IMG/VR virus record: IMGVR_UViG_3300014039_000035
Reading direction: 5' to 3' (one strand)
DNA: 64,000 nt
From: an uncultured virus (IMG/VR IMGVR_UViG_3300014039_000035)
Lineage: Duplodnaviria; Heunggongvirae; Uroviricota; Caudoviricetes
Numbering within the stretch: the first letter of the stretch is position 1; each line of letters begins with the position of its first letter. The notes beneath the pieces were generated by a model that ran no database searches, was not told the origin of the DNA, and saw only the letters and a list, made by a program, of their open reading frames with translations. The position numbers and the translations under genes are program-made. Shown here piece after piece: positions 55,852 to 64,000 of the stretch.

Positions 55852-56158
55852 TTTTTTGTTCCTCCTTGATTATGTATGACTGTAAATCCTCTTCGCCTGT
55901 CGGCAACCCAAAGTTACGAAGAATATTGTTAACCTCGGCCTTTGACTTGCGAGTTCCCGAAACGGTAAGTAGCTTGTCCTCCTGCTCATAGTCGTAGTCG
56001 TAATACCCCTTGTCCACCATCCACATCGTCACGAGGTTGGCGGAGTCCAGATACCAGTAACGCAGCCACGACCAGAAGTTGTAGTTCCCGTAGACGTTCT
56101 TTATCCGCTCGTTGTGCGTCGAGGTCTCAAAGGCAGACCCTACTTGTCTTCCTTTTTT
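55823..56158 (-). CDS. -1 frameshift extension of the tail assembly chaperone (gpGT-like)
   Basis: -1 frame open from both G GGT TTT (56296-56290) and A AAA AAG (56158-56152) to 55823. Confidence 0.65.
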   Translation of the reverse strand, partial: KKGRQVGSAFETSTHNERIKNVYGNYNFWSWLRYWYLDSANLVTMWMVDKGYYDYDYEQEDKLLTVSGTRKSKAEVNNILRNFGLPTGEEDLQSYIIKEEQKNGGGDTGSH

Positions 56159-56667
56159 ATCCCCAAACCGTCCTTCTCCAACATATTTAGTGTATTCTCC
56201 AGCCGCTCGCGCGCTTCTTTGGCGGCTTCGCCAACCGGCCTCATAAACAGTTCGCGTTCCTGCCTTGAGAGCTGCCAGTTGGCTTTGGAAAAACCCACGT
56301 CCTCGCTCACGGCCCCCGCCCCGTTTATCTTGAACGTCACCTCATCGCCACGGAGCTGCAACAGCCGCCACTTTATAGCCCAGAGCCAAGGACAGAATAT
56401 CGCCCAGTTACCCAAAAGGTAGTAAGCCGCCTTCTTCGAGTGCAGCGAATAGAGTTTCTTTGTCAGCCGCCTCGCCGTCTTGCTGTCAACGCCCATCTTG
56501 CCTTTCGCCTCAAGCACCTGCGCCTCCTGCTCAAGCAAGGCTATCCGCTCCTTGACCGCCTGCGCCACCTGCCTGACCTTGTATTTCCGACCGCCAGCCT
56601 CTATCACGCACGGCGCCTGCATCACGGTCTCGTACTCGCCGGATATGAATTTGTCCGATTTTTCCAT
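56140..56667 (-). CDS. tail assembly chaperone (gpG-like)
   Basis: Between the major tail and tape measure genes; contains slippery heptamers. Confidence 0.75.
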   Translation of the reverse strand: MEKSDKFISGEYETVMQAPCVIEAGGRKYKVRQVAQAVKERIALLEQEAQVLEAKGKMGVDSKTARRLTKKLYSLHSKKAAYYLLGNWAIFCPWLWAIKWRLLQLRGDEVTFKINGAGAVSEDVGFSKANWQLSRQERELFMRPVGEAAKEARERLENTLNMLEKDGLGIKKEDK

Positions 56668-56694
56668 AATTGTTCTAATTTTCCTTTTTTATCG

Positions 56695-56728
56695 AAAAAA
56701 GGGGACGGAACAAAACATTCCGTCCCCG
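56695..56728 (-). terminator. intrinsic terminator after the major tail gene
   Basis: GGGGACGGAA/TTCCGTCCCC 10-bp stem followed by T6 on the minus strand. Confidence 0.85.
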
Positions 56729-56756
56729 CGATTCGCTCCTCGAAAGAAGGATACCA

Positions 56757-57404
56757 TTAACCGCCGTCTTCGCCTGCTGTGCCGTCAAGGGTCGCCGCAG
56801 TGATGCTGCCATCAGCGTAGTCAACGCTGGTTGTAGAAGACAGAATCATGCAGGTCTTGAGGGTCGCACTGTCCATGAACTCAGCTGTGGCCACAACGTG
56901 AAGCCTCCAAAGGTTGTCGCTCCAAGAAAGGGAGGCCGCCATCTTCGCCTTAGGGAAGAAGATTGCCCTGTTGCCCTCGTCGTTGGTAATCATGAGAGGA
57001 CGCACCTTGACCGGAAGTTTGTGTCCGAAGCCGTAGCAGGTAACGGTGCCGTCCTTGAACACAGCCGTAGCGCCACCAGTAGCCACGGTGATTGATTCCG
57101 CGCCAAGGAACGCCGCAATGAAGTCAGCCTCAAGGTCGGCAAGGTCGAAGGACACCTGATGGGTTCCGTTGGTAGCCCTTGAGGTGATTACGTCGCCCTG
57201 CTCGTCAAGAATCTGACTGAAAGACACCTGCTCGCCGTCCCACGAGGTTGAGTCCTGTACGACCTGCCCAAGGCTCGCGCCGTTGGTCAGAACGTTGGCA
57301 AGCGTGGTGGAGGAGGTATAACCGCCGGCTGGCGCGCTGAACACGATGATGTCGCCCTGTCCGGCAAGAAGCTGCTGTGAGCCTCCAAGATTTTTTACTG
57401 CCAT
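56757..57404 (-). CDS. major tail tube protein
   Basis: 215 aa, synteny, downstream terminator. Confidence 0.75.
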   Translation of the reverse strand: MAVKNLGGSQQLLAGQGDIIVFSAPAGGYTSSTTLANVLTNGASLGQVVQDSTSWDGEQVSFSQILDEQGDVITSRATNGTHQVSFDLADLEADFIAAFLGAESITVATGGATAVFKDGTVTCYGFGHKLPVKVRPLMITNDEGNRAIFFPKAKMAASLSWSDNLWRLHVVATAEFMDSATLKTCMILSSTTSVDYADGSITAATLDGTAGEDGG

Positions 57405-57406
57405 AA

Positions 57407-57859
57407 TTATTGCTTGTTAAAATTGTTGTTCGTATGCCACCTCAAATTGAGGCTTGTGACTGAATAGCCCGAAGTCTGGTTCGGTGATGTAGGGGTTATG
57501 AAACGCTCCATGTCGTATCGGTAGACGTAGTTTTCCGTCACCGCTCCCTCCACGAGTTTGTCGAACTGCTCCAGAATCTTCTTGACGCGGTTGGCCTTGA
57601 CCGATCCGTCATCATTCAGTTTGGAGTAGAGACTCACAAGAAGGTAGCCCGATGCGTAGTCCACTTTCGCACCTACGCCCTCGATGTCGCCGTTCACGTA
57701 GATGACTATGAAATCCGCGGGCAGTCCGTTGGTCGGGCGCTCCCAGTCGCTGTAAACAGTGACCTTCTCCGTCTTGCCGCCGGGCTGGCCAACGCTTATC
57801 TTGCCGTCAAGCAGCGCTTTCAGCTCCGTGTCCGGGTTTATGTGCGATGCGTGCATCAT
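57407..57859 (-). CDS. tail terminator / completion protein
   Basis: Synteny. Confidence 0.6.
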   Translation of the reverse strand: MMHASHINPDTELKALLDGKISVGQPGGKTEKVTVYSDWERPTNGLPADFIVIYVNGDIEGVGAKVDYASGYLLVSLYSKLNDDGSVKANRVKKILEQFDKLVEGAVTENYVYRYDMERFITPTSPNQTSGYSVTSLNLRWHTNNNFNKQ

Positions 57860-58383
57860 ATATTACCGTCTTTTGACAATCCAAGGGCAGGAAGCCTTGA
57901 TTCCAGTGTGTTGTTGAACGTCTCTTGCAGCCAATCCAGATAACCCGGCTTCGAGCTGTCCTCGTCAGCGGCTCCGGCGTAAGGCACGGCGACGATAAGC
58001 GTCGAGCCGATGCCTTTCGACAAAGGCTTGCTGTCCCGGACAGCCTTGATGGCCTCACGATAACCCCAGATTTTCTTGTAGCGGCTTTCGCCGTTGTCGG
58101 TCTTCGGGGCGCTTATCTTCGTGACGTGCTGCGGCTTTGAGGCAAGCTGTGGCATATAGCAGGCCCTTATTACTCGGCCGCTCTTCGACACATACGCGGC
58201 GATACTGTCATGCAGGTTGCCGGTGTAAACCGGGATGGATTCCCGATTGCGGTCAACAAACGCCAGAAAGGACTGCGTTGCGTCGGTCATAAGCCTTTCA
58301 GCCCTGCGGTTGAAGCCCTTGGCCGATTTCAGCAGCTCCTCCTGAAATTGTCTCTGCGTTGTGTTCCACTTTGTCCTTGACAT
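57856..58383 (-). CDS. HK97 gp10-like neck/tail completion protein
   Basis: PVYTGNLHDSI, VPYA. Confidence 0.75.
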   Translation of the reverse strand: MSRTKWNTTQRQFQEELLKSAKGFNRRAERLMTDATQSFLAFVDRNRESIPVYTGNLHDSIAAYVSKSGRVIRACYMPQLASKPQHVTKISAPKTDNGESRYKKIWGYREAIKAVRDSKPLSKGIGSTLIVAVPYAGAADEDSSKPGYLDWLQETFNNTLESRLPALGLSKDGNI

Positions 58384-58385
58384 GG

Positions 58386-58721
58386 TTAATCCCCCTGCGC
58401 CTGTTTCAGTTCAACCCTTGTACACTGCAAATTGGCTCTCCAAGGCATGTTTATGTCCCTGACTATCTCCGCAACCCCCGTGATTTCACGTCCCTGCTCG
58501 GTCGTGACCGAAACAGAGTCGTTTATCATCACCATAACCTCATTGCCCGGCAGATAGACGGAAGGAACCCTCGTCACGATTGACCGTGAATATCCGGTGC
58601 CGCCCTCCTCGTAGAGGCACGGACCAGAATAGACCACGGAACGCTCCGGGTTGTCCCATTCGTCCTTCTTTCCCGTCAGACGGCTTATGGTGCATTTGTC
58701 GCGGAAACCTATCAGTCGCAT
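58386..58721 (-). CDS. head closure protein
   Basis: CTISR...DEW.....VVYSGPC; synteny. Confidence 0.65.
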   Translation of the reverse strand: MRLIGFRDKCTISRLTGKKDEWDNPERSVVYSGPCLYEEGGTGYSRSIVTRVPSVYLPGNEVMVMINDSVSVTTEQGREITGVAEIVRDINMPWRANLQCTRVELKQAQGD

Positions 58722-58724
58722 GAA

Positions 58725-59156
58725 CTACTTGCTCCTCAGATAACTTGCGTCATACATTTCGCTGGAGGACTCATCCTCCTCGACGTCGAGACCCCACTTC
58801 AAGCGGAGCGCGTCGCCCATCGCCTTGAACCTCGCGCGGTCTGCCATCGTGATGGTGTAACCGCCTCTGGAAGCACGGACGTCGCCGACCTGCTCGGAGT
58901 AGCCCCCGCCAGCGAAAACCCCCAACACCGAATAGTAGATTGTCGAAGAGGCATAGTCCAGACGCTTCTGGAAATCCTCGTCCTTCGAGCGGTCGGACAC
59001 CACCTCGCCGTCCTCACCATAGACGTAATCAACATCCTCCGTGAGGGTGAGGCGGTCAAGCCCTATCTCGATGGGACTCCTTGCCGCGCGGGCAACAACT
59101 GTGTCCTGCAAGTCCAAACCTTGCACCAAACTACGCAGATACTCTTCGACAGTCAT
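58725..59156 (-). CDS. head-tail adaptor protein
   Basis: MTVEEYL..; directly after the capsid gene. Confidence 0.65.
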   Translation of the reverse strand: MTVEEYLRSLVQGLDLQDTVVARAARSPIEIGLDRLTLTEDVDYVYGEDGEVVSDRSKDEDFQKRLDYASSTIYYSVLGVFAGGGYSEQVGDVRASRGGYTITMADRARFKAMGDALRLKWGLDVEEDESSSEMYDASYLRSK

Positions 59157-59171
59157 ACTTCGGTTTTATTT

Positions 59172-60386
59172 TTAGCTCGTGTAAGTGATGAGATAGTACA
59201 TCTCCTTCGGACGGGTCGGAACGCAAAGCGCGTTCAGCTCTGACCACCAGTCCTGTGTCCTCGAACGCTTGTCGTAATCGTACTGGATAAGACCCCTGCC
59301 GTCGAAGAACTTAGCGTAGATTGCGCTGTCATCCGGTGTGAGAGCAAGCGTGGTCTTGATTGTTCCGATAGGACCCGCAGGATAGAACACGTAGGTGTTC
59401 GCGTTGAAGGTCCTAAAGGTCTTGCGCACGAGCTTGGCGTCAGGGCCCTTGCCTTCAAGTGTCTCCACTCCGGCAAGACCCTTGCGCAGATGCACGTTTG
59501 CAGCCGGGATGCCGATGACCTTGGCGAAAAGGCTCACAAGCTCCTCGTCACCAGCCGCGTTGCCGACGGCAAGGGCGTTGGAGTCGTTGTTGCCAATCAC
59601 AAGGTCAGGACGGAGAATGTAGCCGAAAGCGGTGCGCCACTTCGGATGATCCATGTCCTCGAGGAATGAGATGTAGTCTACCTCGCAGACGATGTCCATG
59701 TAACCGGCTCTCTTCATCTTGCGGATGATGGCCTTAACGTCGCTTACAGGGTCTGCGTCAGTGTTGGCGTTAGCCGTGGTCTTCTCGGTGTCGCTGTTGA
59801 ACCATCTCTTCGCCTTGGCGACGGTGGTCACGTTGGCGGCAGGAACGTCAGCCTCGAACACGAGACCCTTGATGCCCCTTGGGTTGTTTTTGGCGTCAAG
59901 CGACAGCTTCCTGTTGGAAACCATCTGGTCGCGCTGGTAGGTCATTGAAAGTTCGTGCGCGCTCTGGATGTCCTTCATTCCGTTGAAGAGAAGGTCAAGA
60001 GCGTACTGCTTCGCCGTCTTGTCCTGGAAGTCAAGGTCCTGAAGGGCGGCGAGGTACTTGCGGTAGTCGTCAGCATCCCAGAGGAAGCGTGCCTTCATCG
60101 TAGGCACAACGCCGCTTGTCTCCTCGAATCCCTCCGTGCCGAAAGGGATCGCCTCGGAGTCCTTGTCGGTGTAGGTGGCCATCACCTTCACGCGGTTGGA
60201 CATCACAAGGTTCTTGAAGTCGAAAGTAAGGGATGAATATTCGTCCCAGTTGAAGCCGTCAAGGTTGAGTCCCTGAATGTTGTTGAACCCAACCACGTCG
60301 TTGATGTAGAGACCAAAGCTCTTGGAGGACAGGATACCCGCCTCGCTCATCAAGGTGTAGAAACCTTTTGCGTACTTGTTTGCCAT
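59172..60386 (-). CDS. major capsid protein
   Basis: 404 aa following scaffold and decoration genes. Confidence 0.8.
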   Translation of the reverse strand: MANKYAKGFYTLMSEAGILSSKSFGLYINDVVGFNNIQGLNLDGFNWDEYSSLTFDFKNLVMSNRVKVMATYTDKDSEAIPFGTEGFEETSGVVPTMKARFLWDADDYRKYLAALQDLDFQDKTAKQYALDLLFNGMKDIQSAHELSMTYQRDQMVSNRKLSLDAKNNPRGIKGLVFEADVPAANVTTVAKAKRWFNSDTEKTTANANTDADPVSDVKAIIRKMKRAGYMDIVCEVDYISFLEDMDHPKWRTAFGYILRPDLVIGNNDSNALAVGNAAGDEELVSLFAKVIGIPAANVHLRKGLAGVETLEGKGPDAKLVRKTFRTFNANTYVFYPAGPIGTIKTTLALTPDDSAIYAKFFDGRGLIQYDYDKRSRTQDWWSELNALCVPTRPKEMYYLITYTS

Positions 60387-60403
60387 ATTCTATTCCTCCT
60401 TTT

Positions 60404-61036
60404 TTAAGCGGTCTCGTTCTCGAATGTGATTCCAGGCATCGCCGCCTTGTAGAAGTCAGGCACAGCAGCGATTCTGTCGCCAAGAATCTGGCCCTTGGTA
60501 ACAACCGCCACAGTACCCTTGCCGCCCTCGGCGTCAACGTAAATCTGTCTCCAAGACAGTCCGTCCGGAAGCACGGCGGCCTTGTTCTCGCCAGCCTCGG
60601 ACACGATGTAGAGCTTATCGCCCTTGGCTAATGTGCCGAGTGCATTGGCGGTGATAGTGAAAGTGTAAACGCCATCCGCAACGGACGGTGTTCCTGAAAG
60701 AGCCGCTGCAAGGGCAGCCTTCCCGGTAGAGTCGCACTTGCCGAGGATAAGGCCAGCCTTAGGCACAACAGCACCGTTGAGTGGCTTTATCTTCAATGTA
60801 GTGGCGGAAGCGGACACGGCGGCCTCGACCTCAAAAGTCTCAAGGAACTTCGCCTCGCCGCCCATGGTCTTGAGCGACACAGGAATGCCGAGAGGTATCA
60901 ATGTACCCTTCGCCACGCCCGTAAGGTCAACGGTTCCACCCGCGACCTTGCGCTCCTTCACCTCAAGCCACACCGGCATCGTAGCCGCGTCGTACTGCTT
61001 TGAGTCGGAGCCGTAGAAATTTCCAAAATTGCTCAT
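60404..61036 (-). CDS. head decoration / minor capsid protein
   Basis: Synteny; GTLIPLG.PV motif. Confidence 0.65.
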   Translation of the reverse strand: MSNFGNFYGSDSKQYDAATMPVWLEVKERKVAGGTVDLTGVAKGTLIPLGIPVSLKTMGGEAKFLETFEVEAAVSASATTLKIKPLNGAVVPKAGLILGKCDSTGKAALAAALSGTPSVADGVYTFTITANALGTLAKGDKLYIVSEAGENKAAVLPDGLSWRQIYVDAEGGKGTVAVVTKGQILGDRIAAVPDFYKAAMPGITFENETA

Positions 61037-61061
61037 TTGTTAAACATTTAATGGGTTGATG

Positions 61062-61772
61062 TCACTTTGTGTCGGGAAGCAGACCCTGCGCCTTCTTCCG
61101 GGCAATCTCTGCGCTCCAGTCAACCGTGCCGTCCTCCTCGTTCTTAGGAGGGTCAGCCTTGAACGGCTGCGACGTGTCCACGCCGAGACGGGACACCGCC
61201 TTGTTGAAGTAGCCGGACGCCTTCGCCGAAAGCTCCTCAGCGGTCATCTTGCTTCCCGTCGCCTCGTTCAGCTCCACGGCGCGCTCCCATGCCTCGTCCG
61301 CCTGGTCCTTGTACTTCTTGGCGTAGTCGCCGTTGAAGAAGGACTCGTGCGCCGCGCTGAGGGCAGCCTTCGCTGTGTTCGAGGTCTCCAGAGCCGTAAT
61401 CTTCTCGTTGAGCGGGGCGACTGCCTCGGCTATGGCCGCCTTGACTATCGATGCGATGTCTGGCGAGCCTTCACCCTCTTTGCCTTCATTACCCTCGCCC
61501 CCCTTGTCCTTGTCTGGCTCCGGGTGCGCCGCCTTGTAAGCCTCAAAAGCACGCTGAGACTCGCTGTTCCTCTGAATAGCCTGGTCACGCTGCCTCTGAA
61601 TCTCCTTGGCAATCAAGTCCAACGTGGTCGCGTCAGCAACCGCTCCCTCGATGTCCTCCTCCTTCTCGACAGTCTTTTCACGAAGCGACGCAATCCTGTC
61701 AAGAGCGTCGTTGCTCAATCCGTATGCCTTGTACTTCGTCTTGAGCGCCTCTAAAATCTGTTCTTTCAACAT
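61062..61772 (-). CDS. capsid scaffolding protein
   Basis: ILEALKTKY..YGLS; acidic, helical; TAACTTTG promoter at 61797-61790. Confidence 0.75.
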   Translation of the reverse strand: MLKEQILEALKTKYKAYGLSNDALDRIASLREKTVEKEEDIEGAVADATTLDLIAKEIQRQRDQAIQRNSESQRAFEAYKAAHPEPDKDKGGEGNEGKEGEGSPDIASIVKAAIAEAVAPLNEKITALETSNTAKAALSAAHESFFNGDYAKKYKDQADEAWERAVELNEATGSKMTAEELSAKASGYFNKAVSRLGVDTSQPFKADPPKNEEDGTVDWSAEIARKKAQGLLPDTK

Positions 61773-61830
61773 ATTTCCAACTTTTTATGCAAAGTTATAA
61801 GGATTTTTCTAAAGTTTGGCATAATTTGTG

Positions 61831-61933
61831 TAACTTTGTTCCGTGTCGAGGTCCAGACGACAAAAGAAGAAAGTTATACGTCCCCCGTGCGAGTACGTCT
61901 GTGCTGGACCCACCGACCGAAAACACGAGGGAC
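61831..61933 (+). promoter_or_regulatory. TAACTTTG promoter plus kissing-loop leader of the endonuclease gene
   Basis: Loops GGTCCAG (61850-61856) and CTGGACC (61904-61910) are complementary. Confidence 0.7.
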
Positions 61934-61946
61934 TTTTTGTGTTATC

Positions 61947-63119
61947 ATGGGTATACGAAAAACTCAAGAGCAATTCATCAAGGAAGCCTATGCACTCCAC
62001 GGAGACCATTATGACTTCTCAAAAGCCGTCTATACGAACAGCAAAGACAAAATGTCAGTCTACTGCAACATTCACCACAAATTCTTCTCGACGACGCCAA
62101 ATCAGATATTGCGTGGTTCGGGTTGCCCGGAGTGCGGACTTGCGTCGAGAATAGCAAAAAGAACCGACACGACAGAATCTTTCATTGCGAAAGCAAGAAA
62201 GGTTCACGGTGACAAATATGATTACTCTAAAGTTGTCTATGAAAAATCAGACATACCGGTGACAATCACATGCAAAAAGTGCGGAAAAGACTTCAAGCAG
62301 TCACCTAACACTCATCTGATGGGCCACGGATGCGAGGCTTGTTCTTACAAGGAAAGGGGAATCCGAAGAGCAAAGGGGATTGATATTTTTACGGCCGAGG
62401 CAAGAGCTGTATGGGGCGAGGCTTATGACTATTCATCGGTTGTTTACAAAAACAGCAAAACCAGAGTAGATATAATATGTCCAAAACACGGCGTTTTCTC
62501 TACTACACCATATCAACATTTGAAAGAAGGCGTGGGGTGTCCGCAGTGCAAAAGAGAATCCCGGTTGCTATATGGTATCGCTGTGAACGATGTGCCAAAC
62601 TGCAATCCTAAATGCTTACAAACCTGGGTTGGGATGTTGCATAGATGTTATTATGAAAAAGAACTGGAGCGCCATCCGACATACCGTGGATGCTCCGTGT
62701 GTGAAGAATGGCTTAGACTGTCTGGATTCGTGCCGTTCTGGGAGGCAAATTATCGCCCAAAATATGAGTTGGAGAAAGACATCCTTGTGAAAGGCAATAA
62801 AGTGTACAGTCCGGACACTTGTTGCTTTGTGCCACGACGGATTAATCTCCTACTTACAAACAGAAAGCGATTCCGTGGAAATTTGCCCATCGGGGTGTCA
62901 CTCTCTGAAAGCGGACTTAGATACAAGGCTACCTATGACAGAGACGCGAAAGCAACACTTGTTGGGTATTTCGACACGGTAGAAGAAGCATTCCTCGCAT
63001 ACAAAAAAGCAAAAGAAGAATATATCAAGAAGGTGGCGCAAAAATACTACGATTCCGGTAAAATTGGCCAAAAGGTTCACGAAGCCCTTCTTCGTTATCA
63101 AATCGAAATCACCGACTAA
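61947..63119 (+). CDS. putative homing endonuclease: three HGDKYDYS/zinc-ribbon repeats plus HNH-like and AP2-like C-terminus
   Basis: 3x YD(Y/F)S..Y...C..(H)G...GC..C; W.GMLHRCY, LEKDIL..GNKVYSP.TCCFVP, GYFDTVEEA. Confidence 0.8.
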   Translation: MGIRKTQEQFIKEAYALHGDHYDFSKAVYTNSKDKMSVYCNIHHKFFSTTPNQILRGSGCPECGLASRIAKRTDTTESFIAKARKVHGDKYDYSKVVYEKSDIPVTITCKKCGKDFKQSPNTHLMGHGCEACSYKERGIRRAKGIDIFTAEARAVWGEAYDYSSVVYKNSKTRVDIICPKHGVFSTTPYQHLKEGVGCPQCKRESRLLYGIAVNDVPNCNPKCLQTWVGMLHRCYYEKELERHPTYRGCSVCEEWLRLSGFVPFWEANYRPKYELEKDILVKGNKVYSPDTCCFVPRRINLLLTNRKRFRGNLPIGVSLSESGLRYKATYDRDAKATLVGYFDTVEEAFLAYKKAKEEYIKKVAQKYYDSGKIGQKVHEALLRYQIEITD

Positions 63120-63157
63120 TTTATGAATACCGCAGAAATATTTGCTATTTTTGCGGT

Positions 63158-64000
63158 ATGTTTAGACTTCTAAAAGAACATAAACCCTTTCCCACACAGT
63201 ATGACCATATTGTGCGCAAAAATCCCACAAAAAACAGCAAGGGATATGACAAAATGGTCGGACCGGAAGGGGAGTTTTATCTTCGGGACAAAATAGACTT
63301 TGCCCCACAAAAAGGTCTTCAAGAAAACGCTTGCCGTGACGATTCTGATGTAATATTCCTTGCCGGTGCCATTCAGATGGGCAAAACATATTTGCAGATG
63401 CTCAAAGCGCTATACGGTATAGACAAACCGGGGTATTCCGGCAGGTTCATTTCAGTAAGACTGCAAGACTCGAAAAAAGGTAGCTCGCTTTATCGTGACG
63501 CCGTGGAGATATGGGGAAACTTTGCGGATTGTCAATACACATCAAGCGATTATCCGGCTTTCACTTGGCCGCAGACCAATTCAAGTATTCTGATGACGCA
63601 CTCGAATTTTAATGTGGACAATCCATCGGAATACCTTGATTTTAAGGAGTTTGCCAAGAAGAATAGTGCCAGTTTTATCGCAGTGGACGAATTTTCAGAC
63701 ATGAGCTTCAAAATGTGGACATATTGGTTCGGGCGAAATCGCGATGCCTCTGGTATGAAACCTTGTATGATAGCGAGCTTCAATCCCGAATATCAACATT
63801 TCTCTACACAGATGCTGCTTGACGGCGGCTATATCGGGAGCGACTACTTCGTTATCCCCGAAATGGTCGGCAAGCAACGCTTCTTCTACATAGACGGTGA
63901 CGAACCAGAAAACATCATCTGGGGCGACACAAGAGCGGAAGTGGCTTCAAGAGCCAATATCGTGATAACCGAAAAGGAAGCAGCGGCGGGTATCACACCG
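63158..64000 (+). CDS. terminase large subunit, 5' part (runs off the window)
   Basis: Manual translation: PQKGLQE, Walker A IFLAGAIQMGKT, Walker B FIAVDE, NRD, SFNP. Confidence 0.85.
   Translation, partial: MFRLLKEHKPFPTQYDHIVRKNPTKNSKGYDKMVGPEGEFYLRDKIDFAPQKGLQENACRDDSDVIFLAGAIQMGKTYLQMLKALYGIDKPGYSGRFISVRLQDSKKGSSLYRDAVEIWGNFADCQYTSSDYPAFTWPQTNSSILMTHSNFNVDNPSEYLDFKEFAKKNSASFIAVDEFSDMSFKMWTYWFGRNRDASGMKPCMIASFNPEYQHFSTQMLLDGGYIGSDYFVIPEMVGKQRFFYIDGDEPENIIWGDTRAEVASRANIVITEKEAAAGITP

Overview
The window is about 64 kb of a tailed (siphovirus-like) phage or prophage, probably infecting Bacteroidales (many TAnnTTTG -7 promoters, a DUF3127-type protein). Layout: (i) 1-14.5 kb, minus-strand replication/recombination arm (D5-type primase-helicase, primase-like protein, YqaJ exonuclease, SF2 helicase, VRR-NUC, DNA methyltransferase, NUMOD4-HNH); (ii) 14.5-15.4 kb, non-coding switch region with iterons and IHF-like sites; (iii) 15.7-31.8 kb, plus-strand early/accessory arm of small ORFs, with a serine recombinase, an IS607-like TnpB-only insertion, a methyltransferase, dUTPase and a ThyX-like gene; (iv) 31.8-61.8 kb, minus-strand morphogenesis/lysis arm containing a diversity-generating retroelement (DGR); (v) a divergent endonuclease and the start of the large terminase. 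The most unusual observations are these. The DGR has a clear A-specific TR/VR pair, but its reverse transcriptase is divided among three overlapping ORFs at domain boundaries and has an NCDD active site. The helicase Walker A is interrupted by GGC-TAA-AC-GGC, a translational-bypass-like signature. A sequence-unrelated but structurally identical kissing-loop leader precedes three different mobile nuclease genes. At least six tRNA-like (acceptor stem plus T-arm) RNAs punctuate the transcripts. All protein calls are from motif recognition by eye; no searches were run.
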